Origin: an uncultured Clostridia bacterium
GTDB taxonomy: Bacteria > Bacillota > Clostridia > UMGS1883
Assembly: GCA_947630975.1 (NCBI GenBank)
Contig: CANRJP010000001.1
Location: 18,712-82,711 of the forward strand
Direction of reading: 5' to 3'
Length of the DNA stretch: 64,000 bases
In this document: positions 55,257 through 64,000 of the stretch, in pieces
How the letters are laid out: the number at the start of each line of letters is the position of its first letter
Position numbering within the stretch: position 1 is the first letter of the stretch
Notes under the pieces: model-generated
Told to the model about the DNA's origin: nothing
The model's input: the letters and a program-made list of their open reading frames with translations, nothing else
Databases searched by the model: none
Position numbers and translations under genes: made by a program

Positions 55257-55288
55257 TATTCGCAATAAGATAAAGGATGTGTATTTTT

Positions 55289-55891
55289 ATGATGACCGTG
55301 CTTTATGCCTATCGGGGCAATCTCTATGTAAATCTTACCAACCGCTGTCCCTGCCGCTGCACCTTCTGCCTGCGTCAGACAAAGGACGAAATGGACGGCT
55401 GCGGCAGTCTCTGGCTGGAACGGGAGCCGACCGTCGGCGAGGTGAAGTCCGAGCTGGACAGGCATGACCTTTCCAAATACGGGGAGCTGGTGTTCTGCGG
55501 CTTCGGCGAACCAACCGAAAGGCTGGACGCCATCGTTGACATAACGAAATATGTAAAGGAAAAATATCCCTCCGTTTCCGTTCGGGTAAACACCAACGGC
55601 CTTTCCGACCTGATAAACGGCCGTGACACGGCGGCGGACTTCGCCGGCGTCGACGCCGTCTCCGTCAGCCTCAACACTCCCGACCCCGACGAGTATCTCC
55701 GCCTGACCCGGAGCAAATTCGGCCCCGGCTCCTTCGAGGCCATGCTAAAATTCGCCGGTAATGTAAAAAAATATGTTCCAAAGGTCACTCTCAGCACCGT
55801 AAGCACGACCATAACAAAGAAAGACGAGGAGTGCTGCGCCGAGATATGCCGCGATTTGGGCGTCACCTATCGTATACGGCCCTTTGAATGA
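55289..55891 (+). CDS. small radical SAM protein (TatD-associated radical SAM-like)
   Basis: N-terminal NLTNRCPCRCTFC (CxCxCxxC). ~200 aa. Confidence 0.6.
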   Translation: MMTVLYAYRGNLYVNLTNRCPCRCTFCLRQTKDEMDGCGSLWLEREPTVGEVKSELDRHDLSKYGELVFCGFGEPTERLDAIVDITKYVKEKYPSVSVRVNTNGLSDLINGRDTAADFAGVDAVSVSLNTPDPDEYLRLTRSKFGPGSFEAMLKFAGNVKKYVPKVTLSTVSTTITKKDEECCAEICRDLGVTYRIRPFE

Positions 55892-55961
55892 GGCGTTGGC
55901 GGCAAAAAACATTGACAACAGTACCGTCTTATGATATAATATAGTTTAAGGAAGTGATGAT

Positions 55962-58391
55962 ATGAAAAAAACGGCATCTCTTTTATTGGCGCTGACACTG
56001 ATATTTGCCCTCGCTCCGTGCTCCATGGCAGAGGACGCCATTTCCGCCACCGTGGGCGGCGCTCCGGTTCTGTTCCGCGACGCCCGTCCGTATATGGACG
56101 ACGGCGTCTTTATGCTGCCCGTGGGGCCCATGGCCGACGCCATGGGGCTGGGATGCGGCTTCTATCCTCTTAGCGGCAGCGCCGTCATCTCCAACGGTGA
56201 ACAAAGCGTAGAGCTCATATCAGGGCAGCGCACCATAAAACTCAGCGGCTCCACCTTCATAGCCGACGAGCCACCCGCCATCGACGAAAGCGGCCTGCTG
56301 TATGCCAGCGGCGCCACCGTGGCCCGGCTGGCACAGTATTTCGGCCTTAAGGTAAAATTGGGCGGCCGAAGCATCGACATCACCTTTGACAGCATTTTTC
56401 CCGTATTCGTCAACGGCGGGCGGATAACCTCCTCCGCCCCGGTTATGCGCGACGGAATATTGTATCTGCCCGTTGAACCACTGGCCGCGGCCCTCGACCT
56501 TGAGTACGCCTGGAACGGCGAATATATGGGCGCCGTCATAAGTCAGCCGGAAACAGGCCGCACGGTCACGGTAAGCGTGAGCGAAAACACCGTAAACGTG
56601 CCCGATATAACCTTTTTGAATGAAGGATACCGCATACTCTATGAGGATTACAAGCTCTACCTGGACGCCGATACCGTTATCGGCATATCGGAATATTTCG
56701 GCGCTCCGGCCTCGTACAGTTATTACCAAAACGGTCTCATCGTTTCTTCCGGTCGGACTTACAACGTAAAGGTCAACGGCGTTGTGGTGAATTTTCCTGA
56801 CGTTCAGCCGAAAAACGACGGCGAGGGCGGTCTAATACCTCTGCGTCCCGTGGCCGAGGCTCTTGGCTGTTTTTTGAATTGGGACGGTGCGGAAGCCAAT
56901 CTCATCGCCGGGAACAAGACCCTTACCCTTGTCCCCGGTCAGTCTGTTATGAAAGACGGTCGGACAAGCGTGGAGCTTGATCGGGCGCCGGTTCTGGACT
57001 CAAACCGGCTTACCGTAAGTCCCGCAGACTTGCTCAAAATAGCGGAGCGTCTGTCGCTGACCGCCGAAACGGAAGGTTCCACCCTGATTTTCACAGACCC
57101 GAACGCCCTGCCCCACACTCCGGTGGAAACAGAGACGTCTTCCGACGGTACGGAAGATAATGCCGGTATAAGAGTCAGCATGGACGGGAAGGCCGTGGAA
57201 TTTTCCGACATGGCCCCTTTCGTAGTAAACGAACACACTCTTTTCCCCGTAAGGGTAATTGCCGAGGAAATGGGTCTTGACGTAAAATGGGACGGCGGAA
57301 GCGGCGTTCTCATAAGCGACGGCGGCGACAGCCTCAGTCTTACAATAGGGAGCGACCTTGTGACCGGCGTCAAGGACGGCGAAAAATCGGAGTTCCGGCT
57401 CGATGTGCCGGTATCCGCGCCCGAGGGACACACAAGCGTGCAAATAAGGCCGATAATGGAGTTTTTCGGCGCCATCGTGGGTTGGGACGGCCGGACGTCG
57501 ACCATAACCATAACCTCTCCCCGGGACAGACGCGAGACGTCTGTCAGAGACGTGGACTCCTCCGAGGATTTCGCCGTGGATTTGGGCTTCACCGTAAAAG
57601 CTCCACCGTCCGCCGAGAACGTGAGCTTCGCCGTGGTGAACGAAAACACCGCCCGCGTCAATTACACCCTGAACGGCTCCGAGTACCGGTTCAACGCCGC
57701 TCTTTCCGACGGGGGCGCCGTTCTTAACGCGGACGACTTTTCCGGCTCCCTTGTGAGCCGCAAGACGGCGGTAAACGGAGTGCCCGTCACGGTATACACC
57801 GGCTCCACGCTTTACTCCACCGTAGGGGCCATTTGGACAGTCGGCGGCTTAAGCTTCAGTCTCGAAACCTCGGCGGCGCTATCCTATACCGCCATGCTGA
57901 ACGCCGCCGAAACAGCGGCGGCGACCTTCACGCTTGTCCGGGAAGTGGAACCCGAGGAGGTCGTATTTTCCCCGACTATGGAAGCCGTAAGCGTGGAAAG
58001 CTCCTCTTTCTTCAATGATCTCGGACTGACTTTAAACGCGCCCGAGGATGCCTCCAGCGTGGAATTTTGTATATATGACGGCAGAATAGCCGAAGTGCGC
58101 TTTTATATGCACAGCTATCCGTACATCCTGAGGGCCGCCAGGAACGGCGGCGATCTGACCGGTCTTGTGCTGGATACGGACAGCGTCATGGACAGCTTTT
58201 TGTTGTCCGGCGCTTCCGACAATGCACGGGTCAGCGTTTATCGGTCGGTGGAAGGCGGCAGAGCGGGACTCTGGAGCTGGGGCGGCGCCGACTTTGCCCT
58301 GATATGCACCGAGCCGTCTCTTCCCTCAATGGACTTCAATAACGTCTGTACCATGTGCGGCAGGATAAGCTCACCCACACTTGATATGTAA
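55962..58391 (+). CDS. secreted protein with repeated copper-amine-oxidase N-terminal-like (stalk) domains
   Basis: Signal peptide. At least five repeats of the …[LV]P[LV]R.[IV]AEA[LM]G…WD… stalk motif. Confidence 0.6.
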   Translation: MKKTASLLLALTLIFALAPCSMAEDAISATVGGAPVLFRDARPYMDDGVFMLPVGPMADAMGLGCGFYPLSGSAVISNGEQSVELISGQRTIKLSGSTFIADEPPAIDESGLLYASGATVARLAQYFGLKVKLGGRSIDITFDSIFPVFVNGGRITSSAPVMRDGILYLPVEPLAAALDLEYAWNGEYMGAVISQPETGRTVTVSVSENTVNVPDITFLNEGYRILYEDYKLYLDADTVIGISEYFGAPASYSYYQNGLIVSSGRTYNVKVNGVVVNFPDVQPKNDGEGGLIPLRPVAEALGCFLNWDGAEANLIAGNKTLTLVPGQSVMKDGRTSVELDRAPVLDSNRLTVSPADLLKIAERLSLTAETEGSTLIFTDPNALPHTPVETETSSDGTEDNAGIRVSMDGKAVEFSDMAPFVVNEHTLFPVRVIAEEMGLDVKWDGGSGVLISDGGDSLSLTIGSDLVTGVKDGEKSEFRLDVPVSAPEGHTSVQIRPIMEFFGAIVGWDGRTSTITITSPRDRRETSVRDVDSSEDFAVDLGFTVKAPPSAENVSFAVVNENTARVNYTLNGSEYRFNAALSDGGAVLNADDFSGSLVSRKTAVNGVPVTVYTGSTLYSTVGAIWTVGGLSFSLETSAALSYTAMLNAAETAAATFTLVREVEPEEVVFSPTMEAVSVESSSFFNDLGLTLNAPEDASSVEFCIYDGRIAEVRFYMHSYPYILRAARNGGDLTGLVLDTDSVMDSFLLSGASDNARVSVYRSVEGGRAGLWSWGGADFALICTEPSLPSMDFNNVCTMCGRISSPTLDM

Positions 58392-58497
58392 TATTTATAA
58401 AAAAATAAAAAATTTTTTCAGCCCGGCGTGCAGCAAAACGCCGGGCCGAATCGTTTTATTAGTGTATCGCGATACAGACGAAACGGAGGCGACCGAA

Positions 58498-58995
58498 TTG
58501 AACAGTGAGGACTACGATTATTTTTCCGCCGCTTACGAAAGGTATGCGGACACGGTGTTCCGGCTGGGGCTGGTGTGGCTCGACAGCCGGGCCGACGCCG
58601 AGGATATGACCTCGGATCTCTTTGTGAAGCTCATGACCGGCAAGCGTCCGGCCTTTAAAAGCGGCGAGCACGAAAAGGCTTTTATCCTCCGCTCGGCCAT
58701 AAACCTCTGCAAGGACAGGCTGCGGCGGCGGAGGCTCCTGCGGGAAACGGATTACGACGACGGCATCCTCGCCTATATGGAGGCTCCGGAGGAAATAGGT
58801 CTGATGAAGGAAATACTGGCTCTGCCACCAAAGTACCGGGCGGTCATCTACCTCCACCACTGTCAGGGCTATTCCACCGCCGAGGTGGCGAAAATGCTGG
58901 GTTTGAGAGAGGGGACCGTCCGCAGCCAGCTCTCCCGGGGGCGGGAAAAGCTGCGGTCACAACTGAACGAGGGAGGTATACACTGTGTACAATAA
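58498..58995 (+). CDS. ECF-type RNA polymerase sigma factor
   Basis: Sigma region 2 (…YADTVFRLGLVWL…DAEDMTSDLFVKL) and region 4 HTH (…YSTAEVAKMLGLREGTVRSQLSRGREKLR). TTG start after RBS GGAGG. Confidence 0.7.
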   Translation: MNSEDYDYFSAAYERYADTVFRLGLVWLDSRADAEDMTSDLFVKLMTGKRPAFKSGEHEKAFILRSAINLCKDRLRRRRLLRETDYDDGILAYMEAPEEIGLMKEILALPPKYRAVIYLHHCQGYSTAEVAKMLGLREGTVRSQLSRGREKLRSQLNEGGIHCVQ

Positions 58996-59872
58996 AATAT
59001 TCGACAAAATCACCGTTGACAGCGGTCTCAAACAAAAAATCGAAGAAAGGATAGACGGAAACATGAACAACAAAAAGCACTTTGCGTTTAAAACCGCCGC
59101 TTTGGCGGCCTGCCTTGCCCTTGCCCTTTCGGCGGGCGCCTTCGCGGCCTATCGCTATCTGACGGCGGGACAGGCGGCCAGAGAGCTGGGCGATGAAAAA
59201 CTGGCTCTCAGCCTGGACGGCGGCGAGATCATGAATGTCGCCGCCGAGGAGGCCCCCTATCGGGCCGCGCTGCTGGGCACCTGCTCCGGCAAAAACCTCA
59301 GCGACTTCGGCGGCTCGGACGGGGAAATTTCTCCCGAGCGCACATACGCGGTGCTGGCCATAGAGCGCACCGACGGCCGGGAAATGACTTATGACGACAA
59401 TATTACGGTTTCGCCCCTTATTCAGGGACTCGACCCCATGCGTTACAGCATCTTTTCTTTGGGCGGCGGCAGCTCGAGCACCGTAATCGACGGCGTGATG
59501 TACCGCATCGTGGAGTGCGACAGCATAGAATGTCTGGCCGACAGGCAGCTATATCTGGCGGTTTACGAGGGACTTGCCCCCAACTCGGCCTACGCCATGG
59601 ACGCCGACACCGGCATTATCAGTCCCAAAGCGGACTATGACGGGGTAAATATGCTCCTCGAGCTCAACCTCGACCCCGCCAAGGCCGACCCTGCCAAGGC
59701 ACAGGCCCTCATAGACCGGGTGGAAATCAGGACGAGCGGAGAGGATAACGGTAACGAAGCCGAGGACGAAGCCGAAAGGTACAGCGTCGTCGAAGGCGAT
59801 CCCCGGCTGGTCGAGACCGCCGCCGGCGCCGTATCGAAAGAGGACGTGTTTATAATCGAACAAAATTATTAA
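58985..59872 (+). CDS. membrane-anchored putative anti-sigma factor
   Basis: Overlaps the sigma gene stop. N-terminal cytoplasmic segment, then a single TM (AALAACLALALSAGAFAAY), then an extracytoplasmic domain. Confidence 0.4.
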   Translation: MYNKIFDKITVDSGLKQKIEERIDGNMNNKKHFAFKTAALAACLALALSAGAFAAYRYLTAGQAARELGDEKLALSLDGGEIMNVAAEEAPYRAALLGTCSGKNLSDFGGSDGEISPERTYAVLAIERTDGREMTYDDNITVSPLIQGLDPMRYSIFSLGGGSSSTVIDGVMYRIVECDSIECLADRQLYLAVYEGLAPNSAYAMDADTGIISPKADYDGVNMLLELNLDPAKADPAKAQALIDRVEIRTSGEDNGNEAEDEAERYSVVEGDPRLVETAAGAVSKEDVFIIEQNY

Positions 59873-59915
59873 TGGACAATTAAATACCGCCCAATAGTAA
59901 AACCAATATTGCACT

Positions 59916-60130
59916 CACTATGTAACCTTGAGGCACGGGGCTGTAAAAAAATGGCGCAGACCGTTCAAGGGCTGTATATGGTTTGATTTAAGGCATTTTA
60001 AGTATTGAAAAATAAAACGTTAAAAGTTAAATAGCTGTCAATTAATGTGGAAAAACCGCCGTTTTTTGAAACGGCGATTTTTCTTTTATCTTATGCCCTT
60101 GAACGGTCTGCGCCATTTTTTTACAGCCCC
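59916..60130. repeat. MITE-like TIR element, copy 3 (minimal ~215-bp unit with perfect 36-bp TIRs)
   Basis: 59937-59972 ggggctgtaaaaaaatggcgcagaccgttcaagggc is the exact reverse complement of 60095-60130. The leader cactatgtaaccttgaggcac matches copy 1. Internal hairpin ccgccgtttttt-gaaacggcg. Located between convergent genes. Confidence 0.8.
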
Positions 60131-61209
60131 TATTCCTCCATCATCTGATTTACGGTGCGTATAATACCGGCGGTTATGCCCTCGGCGACGGCGCTCTGTC
60201 CCTCGGCGCTGACCAGATAGGCCCTGTCGCTGTCGTTGCTGAGATAGGCCGTCTCCACACGCACCGCCGGCTGGCGTGTCATGCGGACGACGTAGAGGGT
60301 GGAGCCGTCATGCACCTGAGCGCCCTGAAGGTCGGAATGAGCCAAAATTTCGTTATATATGTTCTGTGCAAGGATAGTGCCGTACATGGAATCCGGGTCA
60401 TAATAGACCTGGGTTCCGTTGGCGGAGGTGTCGTCAAACGAGTTACAGTGTATGCTTACAAAAACCGCCGGAACGGCGCCGCTGGCGGTGGGACGGTTGG
60501 CTATGTCCACGCGCCCCTGTGACGAGACCTGATAATCGGACTCACGGGTCATTATCACGTTGTATCCCGCCGCCGTCAGATTGTCGCTGACTCTCATGGC
60601 GATGGCGAGCGAAATTTCGTCCTCGGTGACTCCGGCATAGTTCGCTCCGGTGCCGCCGCCGTTCCCCGGGTCGATAACTACCGAGCCGTAGTCAAAGGCG
60701 ACGGTGTTTGTGGTGTCCACCGTGCCGGAGGTGTCCAGATGCACCATATCCGCGCCCATATGGGGATCGTTCATGGTAACGGCGCCCGTGGCTGCATCCC
60801 AGCCCACCTCATAGCCTATCAAGTCGGCTATCTGACGGATGTGAACCACCGTTTTGCCGTCTATTAGCATGGGGGTGGGTTCATCTTCGGGTATAACGCG
60901 GGGCTGACCGTTGACATACAGATTTCTGCCGCCAAGAGTGAAGAGCAGTTCTTTTCCGTCAAAATACACCTTGGCCTGATTTGTTTCGGTAATCCAGACA
61001 ACGGTGCCGCCGATGGCCTCGAAAAATTCTCTGATGGGCACCATGGTGCGCTCGTTGTAAAGAACCGGCGGCTGTTCAAAATATATGGGCCAGCCGTTGA
61101 CGCTGATATTTACGTCGGCGAAGGCCGCCGGAGCGCTCAGTGTCAGGGCCGCCGCCGTCACGGCGGCTATAATTCTTTTCTTTTTCATGTTATCGCTCGA
61201 ACCTTTCAA
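60130..61209 (-). CDS. N-acetylmuramoyl-L-alanine amidase (Amidase_3) with N-terminal stalk domains
   Basis: Signal peptide. Amidase_3 motifs (DPGNGGGTGA…E…IMTRESD…VFVSIHCNSFDD…AYLSND). Confidence 0.75.
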   Translation of the reverse strand: MKGSSDNMKKKRIIAAVTAAALTLSAPAAFADVNISVNGWPIYFEQPPVLYNERTMVPIREFFEAIGGTVVWITETNQAKVYFDGKELLFTLGGRNLYVNGQPRVIPEDEPTPMLIDGKTVVHIRQIADLIGYEVGWDAATGAVTMNDPHMGADMVHLDTSGTVDTTNTVAFDYGSVVIDPGNGGGTGANYAGVTEDEISLAIAMRVSDNLTAAGYNVIMTRESDYQVSSQGRVDIANRPTASGAVPAVFVSIHCNSFDDTSANGTQVYYDPDSMYGTILAQNIYNEILAHSDLQGAQVHDGSTLYVVRMTRQPAVRVETAYLSNDSDRAYLVSAEGQSAVAEGITAGIIRTVNQMMEE

Positions 61210-61212
61210 ACA

Positions 61213-62721
61213 TCAGACAAGACCTCTGTCTTGCATCATCTGCTGAACCGTCTTTATTATACCCGCCGTAATTCCGTTGGCCAGGGCTTCCTGTCCTTCC
61301 TCGCTGGTGAGGTATGCCCGGTCGCTGTCGTTGCTGATAAAGGCCGTTTCGACCAACGCGGCAGGCTGAACGGTCTTGCGAACCACGTACAAATCGGAGC
61401 CGTCTCTTATCCTCGAACCCTTGAGCGTCGTATTGGCCACGTCAGCGTCATATATGTTCTGGGCCAAGATAGTGCCGTAATGGGACTCCGTATGGTAGTA
61501 CACCTGGGTGCCGTTGGTGGATGGATCGTCGAAGGAATTGCAGTGTATGCTGACGAAAACAACGGGTATGGCATTGCCGTTAGTGGGCCGGCTGGCAATA
61601 TCCACCCGGCTTTGAAGAGAGACCTTGACATCCGATGTACGGGTCATAACCACGTTATATCCCGCCGCCGTCAGCTTGTCCCTTACCTTCAAAGCGATGG
61701 CGAGAGTTATGTGATCCTCCATTATGCCGCCGGAGGAAGCGCCGGTATAGCCGCCGTGGCCGGCGTCGATGACTACGGAGCCGTAGTCGTACTCCGCATC
61801 CGTGACCGCGTTGGCGCCGCCTGCGCTTACAATGACGGACGTCTGTTGGGGAATGCTGTCCACAAAGGCCGTGGGGTCAAAATATGCCCCGTTCCGTAAA
61901 TCGTCCGTAGAGGTGACGGCGCCGCCCTGATCCGCCGGAGAGACGGCGATAACTATGCCCGTCTCGGTGCGGCTCAGCAGCACGTTTGGCTGATTTCTGA
62001 CGTCGAGCACTATACGGGCCGTATTTTCATGGTTGGCGCAGCGGACGGAGATAACGTTCGCCCCGTTCACACTGTACTCGCTGTAATCCTCCGTCAGCTT
62101 GGTATTCGGAAAATCCAGCACCACTCTGTCGGGAGAGCCGTAGCGGTTCACCGTGGGCTCCGCCGGACTGTCATAGGCCAGATAAACCATGTCCGCCCTG
62201 TCCACCGTGGCGGGTACGATCTTTGAGATATAACCGCCGCCGAAGGGACTTGTGAGGGTGGCCGCGCCGGAATTTCCGTCCCAGCCAACGTCAAAACCGA
62301 GTTTTTCGGCTATGAGCCGCATGGGAGCCATGAGCTCACCGTTGATCACAATGGGAGCGGGCTCATCGGCGGGCAGGCTGTCGAGCTCGCCGTTCACATA
62401 TATGCTCCGGCTGTCAGCCGTAAGCTGAAGCGTTCTGCCGCCGTAGCTTATCAAAAAACCGTCGGCGCCGCTCAAGCCGGTCACGGAACAGCCCACGGCC
62501 TCGAAAAACTCCCTGACGGGCACAAAGGTCTTTTCGTTCAAAACGATTGGGGGCATTTTATTTGTAACAATTTTTCTTCCGTCAACAAGTATATTTATAT
62601 CGTCCGCACTGTAGCGGTGCGTCTCTCCGCCGTAAACGAGATCCATCTCCCGCCCGAAGGCCGTGGCCGCCGTAAGCAGCATGGCGGCCGTAACAGCGAA
62701 AATCACAGCTAAACGCCGCAT
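61213..62721 (-). CDS. N-acetylmuramoyl-L-alanine amidase (Amidase_3) paralogue with extended stalk region
   Basis: C-terminal half near-identical in motif layout to 60130-61209 (VVFVSIHCNSFDD, MTRTSD, AFISNDSDRAYL). N-terminal half has additional stalk repeats. Confidence 0.75.
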   Translation of the reverse strand: MRRLAVIFAVTAAMLLTAATAFGREMDLVYGGETHRYSADDINILVDGRKIVTNKMPPIVLNEKTFVPVREFFEAVGCSVTGLSGADGFLISYGGRTLQLTADSRSIYVNGELDSLPADEPAPIVINGELMAPMRLIAEKLGFDVGWDGNSGAATLTSPFGGGYISKIVPATVDRADMVYLAYDSPAEPTVNRYGSPDRVVLDFPNTKLTEDYSEYSVNGANVISVRCANHENTARIVLDVRNQPNVLLSRTETGIVIAVSPADQGGAVTSTDDLRNGAYFDPTAFVDSIPQQTSVIVSAGGANAVTDAEYDYGSVVIDAGHGGYTGASSGGIMEDHITLAIALKVRDKLTAAGYNVVMTRTSDVKVSLQSRVDIASRPTNGNAIPVVFVSIHCNSFDDPSTNGTQVYYHTESHYGTILAQNIYDADVANTTLKGSRIRDGSDLYVVRKTVQPAALVETAFISNDSDRAYLTSEEGQEALANGITAGIIKTVQQMMQDRGLV

Positions 62722-62816
62722 TTTTCATCACCTCTTTTAAAAGTTCGACAATATTATAGCTCTTTCTCTTTACACATTCGTTAAACAAATGTAACATTTT
62801 TGTAAAACTTTTTTGT

Positions 62817-63848
62817 TTATTGGTCAAGAGTGAGCTGACCGCCGCCCTGGTCGAAGGGCACGCCGTAGTGCTCAAAGGCCAATCTTGTAGCGCAGCGTCC
62901 CCTTGGCGTCCGGCTTAAGAAGCCGAGCTGCATAAGGTACGGCTCATAAACGTCCTCGATGGTAGAGGCGTCCTCGCCTATTGTGGCGGCGAGGGTGTCC
63001 AGCCCTACGGGGCCGCCGCCGAAGGTGGTGATAATCGACATCACCATGCGCTTGTCCACGGCGTCAAGCCCCAGATCGTCGATCTCCAACATTCTTAGGG
63101 CCTTATCGGCTATGTCCTTCGTTATGTTCCCGTCGGCCATTATCTGGGCGAAGTCCCGGACGCGCCGGAGCAGCCTGTTGGCGATGCGGGGCGTCCCTCT
63201 GGAGCGGGAGGCTATCTCCGCCGCTCCGCTGTCCTCGATCTCTATGCCGAGAATTCCGGCGCTGCGCTTGATTATGGTCATAAGGTCGCCGGTATTGTAC
63301 AGCTCAAGCCGTGAGATTACGCCAAATCTGTCCCTCAATGGCGCGGACAGCAGTCCGGCCCTCGTGGTGGCTCCCACAAGGGTGAAGGGCTGGAGACTCA
63401 GGCGGATCGATTGGGCGCTGGGGCCTTTTCCCACGATTATGTCCAGCGAAAAATCCTCCATCGCCGGATAGAGTATCTCCTCCACGCTTCGGGACAGACG
63501 ATGTATCTCGTCGATGAAAAGCACGTCCTGCGGCCCCAGATTGGTGAGTATGGCCGCAAGATCCATGGGTTTTTCAATGGCGGGGCCGCTGGTGACACGT
63601 ATGCTGACCCCCATCTCGTTGGCGATTATTCCCGCCAGAGTGGTCTTGCCCAAGCCGGGCGGGCCGTAAAGCAGACAGTGATCCAGCGCCTCTCCCCGTT
63701 CAAGAGCGGCCCTGATATAGATTTTAAGGCTCTCCTTCACCTTGTCCTGACCGATGTACTCGTCCATGGTTCGGGGCCTGATAGAGAAATCCAGCTCGCT
63801 GTCGCCGCTGAGCTGGCGGCCGGAGATTATTCTGTCGTCAAATTCCAT
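62817..63848 (-). CDS. ruvB: Holliday junction branch migration helicase
   Basis: Walker [14 protein letters not shown] and Walker [12 protein letters not shown]. Highly conserved RuvB throughout. Confidence 0.95.
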   Translation of the reverse strand: MEFDDRIISGRQLSGDSELDFSIRPRTMDEYIGQDKVKESLKIYIRAALERGEALDHCLLYGPPGLGKTTLAGIIANEMGVSIRVTSGPAIEKPMDLAAILTNLGPQDVLFIDEIHRLSRSVEEILYPAMEDFSLDIIVGKGPSAQSIRLSLQPFTLVGATTRAGLLSAPLRDRFGVISRLELYNTGDLMTIIKRSAGILGIEIEDSGAAEIASRSRGTPRIANRLLRRVRDFAQIMADGNITKDIADKALRMLEIDDLGLDAVDKRMVMSIITTFGGGPVGLDTLAATIGEDASTIEDVYEPYLMQLGFLSRTPRGRCATRLAFEHYGVPFDQGGGQLTLDQ

Positions 63849-64000
63849 TGCTCATCCTCCTCAGGGCTTCCTTGATAATGTCCTCGGTGCTCATGCCCTC
63901 CGCCGGTATCTGGGTCACGGTTTTCTGGGCCTCGCTGGGAGAACAGCCCAAAGCGATAAGGGCGTTGATGGCGCTGACGTCCGCCGAGGGAGAGTAGGGC
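63838..64000 (-). CDS. ruvA: Holliday junction DNA-binding protein RuvA (C-terminal part only); CDS starts beyond the window edge
   Basis: Translation of the minus strand gives …[47 protein letters not shown], a RuvA domain III. Overlaps the ruvB start by 11 bp. Confidence 0.75.
   Translation of the reverse strand, partial: PYSPSADVSAINALIALGCSPSEAQKTVTQIPAEGMSTEDIIKEALRRMSNGI

Noticed and set aside
1-64000. CRISPR arrays and rRNA genes
   Set aside because: No regularly spaced direct repeats with unique spacers and no rRNA-like conserved segments were seen. The only periodic direct repeats are the 10-bp GGACATT set and the origin iterons.

Overview
Clostridia-like Firmicutes chromosome, about 58-60% GC. 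Roughly positions 1-37.4 kb are the integrase-proximal ~37 kb of a temperate prophage, transcribed mostly on the minus strand.

Reading right to left, the prophage contains: a tyrosine integrase (+ strand, 36270-37304); a YefM/YoeB TA pair just beyond it; a HicA/HicB TA pair; a Gp49(HigB)-like/XRE TA pair; an operon encoding a SAP-domain protein with a MuF-like C-terminus plus a highly basic partner; a divergent ribbon-helix-helix (RHH) switch with palindromic operators; a moron/early region of small genes including MazG and YopX; a replication and recombination module (Gp157-like, Sak4/AAA_24, DUF669-like, SF2 helicase, primase-polymerase/helicase with an iteron-rich origin-like region just downstream, RusA); a sigma-region-4-type late activator; PBSX-type terminase S/L; an SPP1-type portal; a MuF (SPP1 gp7) head protein with a C-terminal HExxH toxin-like domain, followed by a Cys-rich immunity candidate and an orphan toxin cassette that retains the same junction motif; scaffold, decoration and major capsid; connectors; and a PBSX-like contractile-tail module (sheath, tube, chaperone, 1005-aa tape measure, LysM protein, baseplate proteins) that runs off the left edge. 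The attL site and the lysis genes are not in the window.

Positions 37.4-64 kb are host genes: GNAT plus a radical SAM protein, rnc, an SLH surface protein, lgt, an AraC regulator, nth, glyA, a HlyD-like adaptor, dCMP deaminase, SLT, coaE, polA, tRNA-Thr and tRNA-Tyr, a second radical SAM protein, a secreted stalk-domain protein, an ECF sigma/anti-sigma pair, two tandem paralogous amidases, ruvB and partial ruvA.

A MITE-like non-coding repeat family with terminal inverted repeats (TIRs), a perfect 36-bp pair in the smallest copy, occurs three times. One copy is inside the prophage tail module between the tube and chaperone genes. No CRISPR array or rRNA was seen.

Many long + strand ORFs in the track are antisense artefacts of high-GC minus-strand genes.
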